Positions 23,759-33,762 of a stretch of DNA of 33,762 nt are shown in pieces (the first letter of the stretch is position 1; every line of letters begins with the position of its first letter). Under the pieces are notes generated by a model. That model did not search any database, had not been told where the DNA came from, and saw nothing but the letters and a program-made list of their open reading frames with translations. The position numbers and the translations under genes were made by a program. The stretch is from Nemertoderma westbladi (lineage: Eukaryota; Animalia; Xenacoelomorpha). Location: assembly GCA_032718475.1 (NCBI GenBank), contig JAUCBJ010005269.1, positions 1 through 33,762 on the forward strand, read 5' to 3'.

Positions 23759-23919
23759 GTTTGTTTACACAGTTGAATGCCTACGGCTATAAATACAGTT
23801 AAAGCAAGTCTAGCAATTCAGTATCACTGTTAGCCTAGTAATTAATTACCGATACTGCTACTCAGTGTAGCGTGATATATATATAATATATTAGAATACC
23901 AGTATGCTTATAGTATATA

Positions 23920-25349
23920 CAGTGCTGCTCAAAAGTTTGGTCACACCTATATTTATAGATGGAAAATATGTTTTTCATCTATTGTGATCAGAAACCTTTA
24001 GCATGTACACTTTATTGTATATCATTTGAAAGCTTATTTAATTGCGGTTAATAATTCATACAAAAATGGTGGGAAATTCAAATTTGATAAAAATTCGTTT
24101 AGTTTTTGCTTCATTACCGGTACCAGGAATATATCGTGCTTTTACGCTGCCGACATGTTATTTAACAGAGCTTTGATACATGTAATTATTTTTTTGTAAT
24201 ATTTTGGAGACCCAATGGGGAAAGTATGTGAATTAACGCCTAAAAAACGGTCAGCCATTGTTGCTCTTCATGAGGCAGGCATAAAAACCCAAGAAATCGC
24301 TGAAAAATACAATACGACACGACGAACTGTTTTACGGACTGTTAAACGCTTCAAGGAAGAAGGCTCATATTCTTCTAAGAAACGTTCTGGGAGACCAAGA
24401 ATTACAACTCGCAAGGAGGATTTATCGATTAGAAACATTTGTGAAACTAAACCGTTTGCAACATCAAAGGAAATATCGACAATTCTGGAAGATCGCCGAC
24501 ATGTTCGAGTAAGTCCACAAACTGTACGACGGAGACTTTCTAAAGAGTTTAAGTTGCAAGCTCGAAAGGCAGCTCAAAAACCTCAACTATCTGAGAAGAA
24601 TCTGAGGGATAGGAAATTATTTTGCCAAAAATACAAAGATTGGACAGAGAACGATTGGGACAAGGTTCTCTTTTCCGATGAGTCACAGTTTTCACAGTTT
24701 GGTTCGACTGGTCGTTGGGTCCGACGCCCTATTGGCCAGCGGTATAATCCAAAGTATACCCTAAAGACTGTGAAGAATCCACCAAAGGTTATGGTTTGGT
24801 CGTGCTTCTCTGCAACAGGGCGGGGTAGATTGTGGTTTATGCCCAAGGGCACAACACTGAATGGACCCCGCTATAAAGAGGTCCTGGCCGAACGTCTTAT
24901 TCCAGCAATGGAGTCACTTGGAGCAACCACATTCCAGCAAGATGGTGCTCCTTGCCACACATCCAAGCTGGTCAAGGACTACCTCAACAACAACAATGTA
25001 AATGTAATGTTTTGGCCAGGCAATTCACCTGACTTAAACCCTATTGAGAACCTTTGGAGAATTTTAAAACTCAAAGTTTGGCGGCATAAAGCGAGTAATA
25101 TTGATTGCTTGAAGAAAGCGCTAGTTTCTGAATGGGTCAAACTACCACGTGAACTTTGCAAAAATCTTGCAAGTAGTATGCCAAGACGTATTAAATTGTG
25201 TATCGCGGCCAAATACTATAGCACTAAGTATTAATTGTGAATTTGCATTGATTTAAAATTAGGAATTATAGTTAACTATATTACTTTACATTACTAAAAT
25301 CTCAATTTCCTAAAAACACCTGGTGTGACCAAACTTTTGAGCAGCACTG
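23920..25349 (+). mobile_element. Full-length Tc1-family DNA transposon nested in the retrotransposon leader
   Basis: Perfect 28-bp TIR CAGTGCTGCTCAAAAGTTTGGTCACACC; TA on both sides; 1430 bp. Confidence 0.97.
24215..25234 (+). CDS. Tc1 transposase, DD34E, intact 339 aa
   Basis: Paired-like HTH, GRPR linker, FSDES, FQQDGAPCH and SPDLNPIENLW with 34 residues between D and E. Confidence 0.97.
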   Translation: MGKVCELTPKKRSAIVALHEAGIKTQEIAEKYNTTRRTVLRTVKRFKEEGSYSSKKRSGRPRITTRKEDLSIRNICETKPFATSKEISTILEDRRHVRVSPQTVRRRLSKEFKLQARKAAQKPQLSEKNLRDRKLFCQKYKDWTENDWDKVLFSDESQFSQFGSTGRWVRRPIGQRYNPKYTLKTVKNPPKVMVWSCFSATGRGRLWFMPKGTTLNGPRYKEVLAERLIPAMESLGATTFQQDGAPCHTSKLVKDYLNNNNVNVMFWPGNSPDLNPIENLWRILKLKVWRHKASNIDCLKKALVSEWVKLPRELCKNLASSMPRRIKLCIAAKYYSTKY

Positions 25350-26544
25350 TATATAAGTATTATTACAGACTAGATTTGTCACAGAGTACCGGTATATAAT
25401 TTTAGCGCAAATATATATAAATATATAATAGGCCTATCGTGAATACCAGTATGCAGCTTACACTTATAGTATATATAAGTATAATTATGAACTAGAATTA
25501 ATTACAGAATACCGGTATGATTTCAGCACAAATTTATAGAAATAAATATAATAAGCCTATGGTAAATACCGGTATGTCAATTATTTTAGAATAATTGAAT
25601 TTCTGAATATTTTAGGGTTACTTGGTTACTTTAACTTACTTTGTTACCGTTATTTAAGCAGTAGTCCAACTGATTTTGAGACCTAAGTGTTGTATAACAG
25701 GCTTACTATTTTATTAATAGATTTAGTGGATTTATATGTAGCCTACCCGTATGAGGGGTTTTGTTACAATATTGAAATAGATGTTACTATTTCTGGGAAG
25801 TAATCACTACACAAAAGCTGTACGCTCTCAGTGAAGTGCTACTTATTAGACACTAAAACAGATAATTCTACTGGCCTAAGTTACTTATCTACGAATTACG
25901 TACAATACGGGTGAGATTAAATCTCTAACTAAACACAACAAAAATATTACGTACGGAATTTTAGGGTAATTTTACAGGGAAACTATAAACCAGTCTAACA
26001 AAGGGTTAGAATTCTGGTTATTACAATGGACAGGGTACTACGGTATTTGAAAATAATAAGTAGTAGTAAATACACTGCGTTGTCCAGATAGGAAAATACC
26101 ACCGCCTGACGACCTATAACCGTATCGCTATAGGTACTACGTTATGTATCACGGATTGTTCCTACCTAGAAGTTAATTACCGCGGACTACCAGATCCAGC
26201 GTGCCTATTAACCACTTTACAACACAAATATACTGCCTACACACTAATTACTTCGGAAAGCACTGTACACTAAACCCTAAATTAGGTACAAGTACTGGTA
26301 TAACAAATAATCAGCAGTTAAATATACTTGAACAGTTAAAAGAACCACGGCATCTGCTGGAGTGACCGAAGCACAAAGTCACTAGTCTTTACCTACGCCA
26401 AGCAGCCCGTGTAGTACCGGGGTTAATTTAACTATAACGGTATGTGTAACAAACACAATTACTGTAGGAATAAACTTGGGGACATGAATGTTGCGAATAA
26501 TCGCATAAACTCTGAATAATAAATATTACGCTACCCGTACAGAA

Positions 26545-27090
26545 TACTCAAACAAATACAAACCAAAACGCTGGCAGACTACCACCAAGCCTAAATAAAC
26601 TACCGTACGTGTAGATTCTGAAATAGTTAGTTAGTATGCGTTCTAACACGGTAGTACGACTTATTCTTTAAGAGGGGATTGACCTTACCGCTATGGCTGC
26701 CCCAACTTACTAACGGAGCTTTATCAGACAAACTCTACACACGCAGCAATCTCTTCAGACCTAATAATAGCTAGACAACAATCCAGCCTACAAAATATCT
26801 GAGTAATAACTATTACGGTACCTGAACAGACCACACAAACAAACACAGGCCAAAACGCTGGCAGACTACGATCAAGCCTAAATAAACTACAGTATATGCA
26901 GATTCTGAAATAGTTAGTTAGTATGCGTTCTAACACGGTAGTACGACTTATTCTTTAAGAGGGGATTGACCTTGCAGCATATGGCTGCCCCAACTTACTA
27001 ACGGCACTCTATCAGACAAACTCTACACACGCCGTAATCTCTCCAAACTCAACAACAATCCGACAACAGTCTGGCCTACAATTATCTGAA
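26545..27090. repeat. ~287-bp-period tandem duplication in the retrotransposon 5' leader
   Basis: caaaacgctggcagactac...gattctgaaatagttagttagtatgcgttctaacacggtag...atcagacaaactctacacacgc occurs at 26564 and 26851. Confidence 0.85.
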
Positions 27091-27261
27091 CAATCTGAGC
27101 AGACTTACACGTCTTCAGCTCAATATTAACTTACTAGGAAATAAAACTGACAGAAATAAGTAAACTATACAAAAGAATGAGGGGTGATCAATCCCTATTC
27201 CTCTGGTAGCCTACAATATACTATAGATCACAATCGAAATAATACTAATGTACTTATACTG

Positions 27262-27388
27262 GAAGTACCGGTTAGGACAGTTGGGCCTACAGACCTACAG
27301 AAGTACCGGTTCTGGCAGTTGGACCTACGGACCTACAGCAGTACCGGTTCTGGCAGTTGGGCCTACTGACCTACAGAAGTACCGGTTC
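27262..27388. repeat. 38-bp tandem repeat (~3.3 copies) just downstream of the PBS position
   Basis: GAAGTACCGGTTCTGGCAGTTGGGCCTACAGACCTACA-type units start at 27262, 27300, 27338 and 27376. Confidence 0.85.
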
Positions 27389-27442
27389 AGGTTTACCGGT
27401 CGACCGGTACTTTCAACTTTATTGCTTACTGCAATAAAGTCA

Positions 27443-27453
27443 ATGACTGTTAT
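27443..27453 (-). other. Putative self-priming primer binding site (ATAACAGTCAT)
   Basis: Directly follows the 5' LTR; lacks TGG; complementary to element-sense ATGACTGTTAT at 28238-28248 (17725-17735 in the other LTR). Confidence 0.6.
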
Positions 27454-28725
27454 TGTACGCGCTTTTGGAAGACCTTTAGCAGTTTAACCTGCCAAAATTT
27501 ATATGTCTTTTGGTTTATAAATCGACTCTAGAAGATGACAATATTTAATACCAATAAACACAACATTAGCAGAAGCCAGCCTAGTGCGCGTCCATTCACC
27601 CGCTGGATAATCCCGGGAGACTGGATTCTGTCGGCTTAGATTATTATTGCAGTGAAGCTTACGGTATTGTATTATTCGATTGATCATTAATAATTAATTT
27701 CTGACTAATATTATTCACTTTCGGGAAATATTAACAGTTCCTTTTAGGACGTGGCGCTCTATCTAAGTAAACAGAGATATGACTTATACTAATCACAACG
27801 GTAAGTTGGTAAGGCTTATGATTCACGTATGAGGCGCATTCTTTAGGAAATGCTTAGTTATCAGCCACAATCATGCACACTACCGGTAACACACAATACT
27901 GCTCACTAATTTGCCGACCGTCAATGAATTTTTATCATATATAAAGAGAATAGCAACGGACTCATGTAGGGCTTATCAAATAGCATTAAATTCAATACAC
28001 ACCACAATAATATAAGTCGCAATCTCTATATATATAACCCACCTCTCTAACCTGTAGTGTATCAAGAAAATTGGGAAATTTGGGTTCTTTATAAATGTTC
28101 TCCAAATAATATTCAATCCACTGATATAAGATATGACAACAGTAAAAACATTAAGACGGTAGGTTAAGATATGATATGAACAGATATGTACAGCGATATG
28201 CACTGATATGGACCGATATGTGAGTTGTTATGAACCGATAACAGTCATACGCTCTATAATCTTAAGCCTACTAATGTTTCTTTCTAGAGCCGTTGTTTCT
28301 AGCTTAGACAGCAATAACAACAAAGTATCAGTAAAAAACTGTAAGACTGAATAATCCCAGTATGATCGGCTCAAAGCTCCACATCGACAGAGAGAATCGC
28401 TCTGATTGGCTGAAGCCAAACAAAGAACCATGCGTCCAATGGCTGTTTCCATTTAAGCAACCAGCTGCTAGATGTCGTAATCTGAATCATCACGGCTAAG
28501 CTGTGTAAAAGTATTTGCCGTATTGCGGGTTTTTTGCCTTACCATGTCCGCTAAAACACGTATATAGCAGAATGACTTTTATGTCCGTTAAAACACCTGT
28601 AACGGTACCTTGCGGGCGAGGGGAATATATACAGTTAGAGAACCTTTTTTAGAGTATTCCAGCGCCTGGGGGGAAACTGGATTGCGAAGCAAAGGGGCCA
28701 GTTATATCCCACAGAAGCTTTTACA
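27454..28725 (-). repeat. 5' LTR
   Basis: Direct repeat of 16941-18212; lies upstream of gag on the minus strand. Confidence 0.97.
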
Positions 28726-28934
28726 AGTTGAGAAGTTAATAACAAAGTTTTAAATCGATGAGAACTGCCAGAACTACTGTATATATTATATCATTATAAT
28801 CAGTTAGAAGATAAAAGATATTACAATTGCAGAAATAGTATATATTTACAGTAAAAAATGACGCTAAAAAAATAAAAAAATTTACTGTTGTATAGGTCAG
28901 GGGCTTCCGCAAGCAGAGGGTGAAGATGCGAGAA

Positions 28935-29055
28935 GGTAAGGAAAGTGAGAAAACAGGCCGTTATATACCCAGACTTAATGCAAATCGGGATCGGGACGTA
29001 CTGAATGCTGATTGGTCATAGCTCGTTCCTGGTTGGTCGGAGCTACTGATTGGGC
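28935..29055 (-). promoter_or_regulatory. Candidate Pol II promoter: CCAAT x2, octamer, TATA
   Basis: Minus strand: CCAAT (29049-29053, 29011-29015), ATTTGCAT (28978-28985), TATATAA (28961-28967), then a pyrimidine-rich Inr-like tract. Confidence 0.45.
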
Positions 29056-30078
29056 AATCGATCCTATTGCACCTATCAATGGGCTGGCGAGGGCAGGAGG
29101 TCGATGACATGGGTCATGTGAATTACAAACCTATTGGCGTTGGGCAAACCAAACGTGACACCCCCAGGACAACCTATACGTTTCGATCCTAATTACAAAC
29201 AAATGTGCGTGTGAGACGAAAACGAGATCCCACTGAACAAACATAACTGGAGATTATTCACAACATGACCGCTGTGATCTCTCTTGGCATTATGTTGTAA
29301 TTGCAGTCAGAAATAGACCTGTTTGATATCTGAAGCACAACACCCCGAACGCGAACGGAACTGTTAGTACATTCCCTGTAAACCCGTATTAGTGTCAGGA
29401 ATTATATTGTGAGAATCAATCGACTGATAACGCTGGATTCATGGGGGACTGCATATATTTATCAGACTCGCTTTGGCTCATACGCCGCGGACCATTACTG
29501 GCTAAATTGGAGTGAGAATTCTGTGATTATAAACTAATTAAATAGTTAGTAAAATTACGCCGTGGAAGTTTGATTTATATGTTGATGTTACTGGCCAAAT
29601 TTGAGTGAAGAATACTGAAGTTGCACAAATTGTTTGTTAGTAAAAGTTATTGGAGTTAAAAGTGCGAATACAATGTATTAGTCATATTGCCTTCTATTAT
29701 GCAGCTATACAGCATGACTACATCAAATAGGAATTCTAACTATTTCTTCATATAAATTAGTTGCTCTTTGGCTTTGCTAGTTCACCAAAACCAATATCGG
29801 TAAATGTAACGGCTGGTATCCAAGGCACCTTTTAGTAGGAGAGTTTGTGTTGGTCTATCAGTCTGTTACTTTATTTCATAAAACACACCAATTATTTATT
29901 CATATAAACTGCCCCATTTACTAACATTGCCCTACTTTGCTTCCACTAAGCAGCAGTAGGTATTTAATGTTTATTAGGTTGCGTTTTATATTGTTTAAAT
30001 GGCGTGTTAGTGTCGTTATATTCATTCGCAGAATATTCTATTTTAGTTCGTATTCAATTTCGATTTCAGTTACCTAAA

Positions 30079-30183
30079 ATGTACAAGGAATCTCTTCTAC
30101 TTTTAACTCTGACAGCTCTTTTAGCTGTGGAGTGTTTGGGAGAGAGCCATGGGAACTTAACCGAATTGGTTGAAAGAGACAAT
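30079..30183 (+). CDS. FReD protein, first coding exon (signal peptide)
   Basis: aaaATG context; MYKESLLLLTLTALLAVECLG hydrophobic leader; perfect GTAAGT donor, phase 0; a tttcAG acceptor ending at 30069 implies an upstream non-coding exon or spliced leader. Confidence 0.75.
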
Positions 30184-30977
30184 GTAAGTTTGTTATTTAA
30201 TGTAGAATCAATGTGTTTGTAGGGCCACTGAAGTTCTAATAAGTACAGGTACACTTACAACTAACTTTTGCTCTTTTGCCAAAACCTGCTTATTGCGTTC
30301 CACTGTAAGTACGATTGGTGCAAATCAAGATTCCGTTTGGCTGTTTGCACATTTGACTTCTATAACCTCTCTGTGTCTCAAATCCTCTCTGACATCCGTA
30401 TCCTATCTATAAAGTTAAACTGTTCAAACTACAAAGTTCATCAAATTACACGATAATAATAATAATATAAAAGTCACTTTTTTGAAATAATTTAGTTTCC
30501 GCCGCCGAAGCCATTCCACTTAATCCACCAAAGATAAATATGTTGTGAATGTAGTAGACCTTGCGGTTTTTTATCATAATAGCTCTATGCTACGGAACAA
30601 CCTGCCAACTAGAGAATAGACATTGCTATTGCATTAAGATAAACCCTAAGTAAATGTAATATTTAAATAGGATTATATATCCTTGTAGCGGTAACAGTTT
30701 TGTTCTCATATTATCTATTGCGTATTGTTGATTGATGAGAATAGTAAAGCACTGTCCTATTTCTCTATAATTAACTTTTTTAATTTTTTGTAATTCATCG
30801 GTATCTTTGAGTCAGGTTTATTGTAAACCCCGAGATTTTGTGACTTTTCCTAAAATTTAATGGGCTATCCAATAGAACAAACGCCATTTACATTGCTATG
30901 TTAGTTTCCGTGCTTTGGTCCCTTTATGAATATGAATATATGAATAATCTAAAGTTACGCAATGATTATTGTTTTAG

Positions 30978-31098
30978 GATAAAGGCCAAGAAGATTTAGA
31001 TCTGGTTACCAACCAAACCGGCCAAAACATGTTAAACAAAAGGTACGGCCATCTGATAGAACCGGTACAGGGGTTGACGATTCAACGAAGAGTAACAG
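30978..31098 (+). CDS. FReD protein, probable second coding exon
   Basis: ttttAG acceptor, phase 0; DKGQEDLDLVTNQTGQNMLNKRYGHLIEPVQGLTIQRRVT; donor CAG|GTAGAT, phase 1, fits the acceptor at 32234. Confidence 0.55.
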
Positions 31099-31227
31099 GT
31101 AGATTAACATATAACAAAGTAAAACATGCATCCCTCCTACTGTCCTATGGGATATTATTTATTAAACCATATTTTCCCATTTAAAGTTTATTACAAAACG
31201 GCATCCAGCTTTCAGGGGGTTCATGTC

Positions 31228-32138
31228 AAATAACAACAGTTTCAACTACTCTCCCATCTCCAAACTTCGGGTCGATTCCCCCAACATATAAAATTGATAT
31301 TTTTAAAAAACTACCAACGTTTCATTGCCACTAGGGCCATCATCAGGGTACTACTTATAACGCACGACATAATACAATAGTAGAAACTATAACTATAAAT
31401 TATAATTTAATTCATATATTCACTATAGTAAGCACAGTACAAAAGTGTACGCCTACCTACGGTACAGTAAGCAGCCTAAATCATGCCGGGTAATGCAATA
31501 TTAATCTCCAATTAATACCCAGTTGTTTGCGAGGTATGCAGAATGTACAGTACAGTCAGGGATATAATACGAGCTGATGTCCCAGCTGTAGGCTAGTAAT
31601 AGCTGGCATCTCTTTGGACTAACCGGCCCCCAAAATAATAAACGTATTGCATACAGTACAAATAAACATAGTGAAATTACTACATTGTGAAAATTTTTCT
31701 AGAATTAATCCACTATCACACATTTTAAACATAAAACATCAAAATTAATACAATGATATAGATTTCTAAATTTAAGTATCACGTTGAATATTGTAAATAC
31801 TAAACATATAAATGCGCAAAATTATAAAACATATTACAAAAAAAAGAAGAAAACCAAAAAAAAGAAACCGTAAAGGTGATATCAAGGCTAACAAATAAGT
31901 AACTTCGATCTTACCCCCCCCCCCCCCCCCCCCCCCCCCCCTTACGTTCAATAATCCCATTCATTTTCTAAGTAGTGGGTCTGATTCCATTCAAGGTCGG
32001 TTTGAAATCAGCAATATAGTTAGCTTCCGCGTGGATCCTGCAAACTACGTTGGTAGTTTTTTAAAAATATCAATTTTATATGTTGGGGGAATCGACCCGA
32101 AGTTGGAGATGGGAGAGTAGTTGAAACTGTTGATATTT
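31228..32138. repeat. ~90-bp near-perfect inverted repeat pair (31228-31320 / 32047-32138) in the FReD intron; possibly Penelope pseudo-LTR derived
   Basis: caacagtttcaactactctcccatctccaa...aaaaactaccaacgt and its reverse complement; a hammerhead-like motif abuts the left arm. Confidence 0.75.
31312..31350 (-). ncRNA. Candidate minimal (Penelope-type) hammerhead ribozyme, degenerate
   Basis: Minus strand TACC-CTGATGA-TGGCCCTAGTGGCAAT-GAAACGTT-GGTA: core boxes, 4-bp stem I TACC/GGTA, palindromic AACGTT in place of stem III; stem II imperfect. Confidence 0.45.
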
Positions 32139-32233
32139 TCCCATCGCAGTCACACAAATTCGTAAGACAGTACAGTAGTTACCCGGTTCTTAAATATATT
32201 TTAGATATTCTCTGTTTGTATAATTTTTTTAAG

Positions 32234-32991
32234 AATTAGATACAGAGTGGAAAGAACTGATACACACCGCAGTAATACATACAATCAATACTAAATACCA
32301 GCGCGTCAATATCAATCTATCAATGGAACATATAACAAAACAAGTTGAGGCTGAGTTGAAAGAACAGGTTACAGAGTTAGTGCATTCATCCATGACACTC
32401 TATCAGCTATTGGCTCCTCGGTTAATAAAGCATAAAGATGGGCTGAAGATTCAACAAAGAGTTGATGGATCTGTCGACTTCTATCGCAACTGGGATGAAT
32501 ATGTTGAAGGATTTGGCGACCCGAATACCAATTTTTGGTTGGGATTGGAGACGATCCACAAGCTGAGTGAAGGTGGGGTGAAGTTGAGAGTCGATTTGTG
32601 GTTCACTGGAGAGGGATATAAAGGTGGAGATGGTGTTAATAGATGGGAGAGGGTGAATTACAACAACGAACACAAATACGCGGAATACAAATACTTCTCT
32701 ATCGATTCAGCTGCAACTAATTATCGCCTACATGTATCTGGTTACCATGGTACTGCTGGTAACGCATTTAACAATCACAACGGTTTCCCATTCACCACCA
32801 AGGACCGCGATAATGACGGGAGGGACTCCGGCAACTGCGCCGTAGATCGTACTGGGTCGTGGTGGTACAACAGCTGCGCAAACAGTAACTTGAACGGAGA
32901 ATATGGTGCGGGGGATTGGAAAGGACCTCATTGGTGGTATTTTACTAGAGTGAATCCGGCTTCTCGAGTTGAAATGATGATTTCGATTTAG
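32234..32991 (+). CDS. Fibrinogen-related domain (FReD; ficolin/angiopoietin/tenascin-like) protein, terminal exon
   Basis: IQQRVDGSVDFYRNWDEYVEGFGD, FWLGLETIHKL, YRLHVSGYHGTAG, FTTKDRDND, NCA...WWYNSCANSNLNG; the three-exon model gives 327 aa; the 5' boundary is less certain than the domain call. Confidence 0.9.
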
Positions 32992-33462
32992 TAAAACTGT
33001 AAGTTTTATATAAACTTACTAAATAATTACAATAGAGTTGCGTTGGAAACTATCTTTTACATTTAATTATAAAATTAATTTTTACTCTACTGAGTAAAAC
33101 CATTGCCGCGGGTAGGAAACGCAATGTGTAAAAAATTTAATATGAAACATTTAATTTTATTTCACTTAAATTCCTAATGACCTCCATCACCATCTCCATG
33201 AAATAAAAAATACGATATATTATAATATTAGGGTGAAAAGTTCCTGAATAAATATGTTTTATTTACAATAAGAATTAAGTTTTATTTACTGTTTTAATAT
33301 AATAAAATAAATATATTTCAAGGGCTAAGGGCCCACATTGTCAATAATCAACTAGAATGTAAACAGAATAAATGAATTATTACAGCTACCTATTTATGAA
33401 ATGTTTTTAACAGTACAAAAGGTACCTAACTGCCTAACTACTAAATTACTATACGCACAAAA

Positions 33463-33762
33463 TTATTTAATTTTCAGGAACCCCCCGCTTTCCAACACTG
33501 CTATACTTAAATGATCTACGTCTGTGGATAATCTCTTGTTAACTGCCCGGGGTCCCAATGATTGAATATACATACTCTCTAATATTAGCCTACCGTGCAA
33601 GTCTGACACTCTCCCTATCACTGTTGCCTTATCCCATAATGGAATGTGTCCAGTAGCTACATGATGGCCCGACAACTCGGATGCTTTGGGCCTACGGTGT
33701 TCAACATCGCCCTGATGCTGGGTCAGACGGACATCAAGACTGTATAAGGTTTGGCCTACATA
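33463..33762 (-). mobile_element. Penelope-like retroelement, C-terminal GIY-YIG endonuclease (continues beyond the window)
   Basis: Frame is open from the window end: YVGQTLYSLDVRLTQH...SELSGHHVATGHIPLWDKATVI...RLILESMYI...VN, matching the Y(I/V)GQT..R..H / H...H..W / RLxLES.YI / N pattern. Confidence 0.85.

Larger units (their letters stand above)
16941..28725 (-). mobile_element. BEL/Pao LTR retrotransposon, non-autonomous (gag present, pol deleted), 11785 bp including the nested Tc1
   Basis: Two 1272-bp direct LTRs with TGTA...TACA ends; 5-bp TSD AGTTG (16936-16940 and 28726-28730); Pao-type gag on the minus strand; PPT next to the left LTR. Confidence 0.95.

Noticed and set aside
21041-25212. 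Antisense ORFs overlapping gag and the transposase
   Set aside because: Shadow frames of the real coding strands, with no independent motifs
30268-30470. Possible LINE 3' end (62-aa ORF followed by an (AAT)n tail) in FReD intron 1
   Set aside because: No diagnostic motif I can identify with confidence
31043-31048. Alternative exon 2 donor AG|GTACGG
   Set aside because: Phase 2 would join the 32234 acceptor out of frame and reach a stop within ~20 codons

Overview
AT-rich invertebrate (metazoan) genomic DNA. (1) 536-11185 (+): the last six exons of a CARM1/PRMT4 arginine methyltransferase gene; its introns contain a hAT-type non-autonomous element with a nested MITE, tRNA-derived SINEs, LINE fragments and microsatellites. 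(2) 11482-16940: three tandem-repeat arrays (51, 23/24 and 59 bp units). (3) 16941-28725 (-): a young, pol-less BEL/Pao LTR retrotransposon with 1272-bp LTRs and a 5-bp TSD, carrying an intact nested Tc1 (DD34E) transposon. (4) 30079-32991 (+): a secreted fibrinogen-related-domain (FReD) gene, followed by the GIY-YIG end of a Penelope-like element at the window edge. The most notable observations concern the BEL/Pao element. It has no tRNA-type PBS. Instead, the 11 nt directly after its 5' LTR are exactly complementary to an 11-mer inside its own LTR, the geometry of Tf1/sushi self-priming. It also carries a ~480-codon zinc-knuckle accessory ORF, broken by two stops, in the env position. All comparisons were made by eye; no searches were run.
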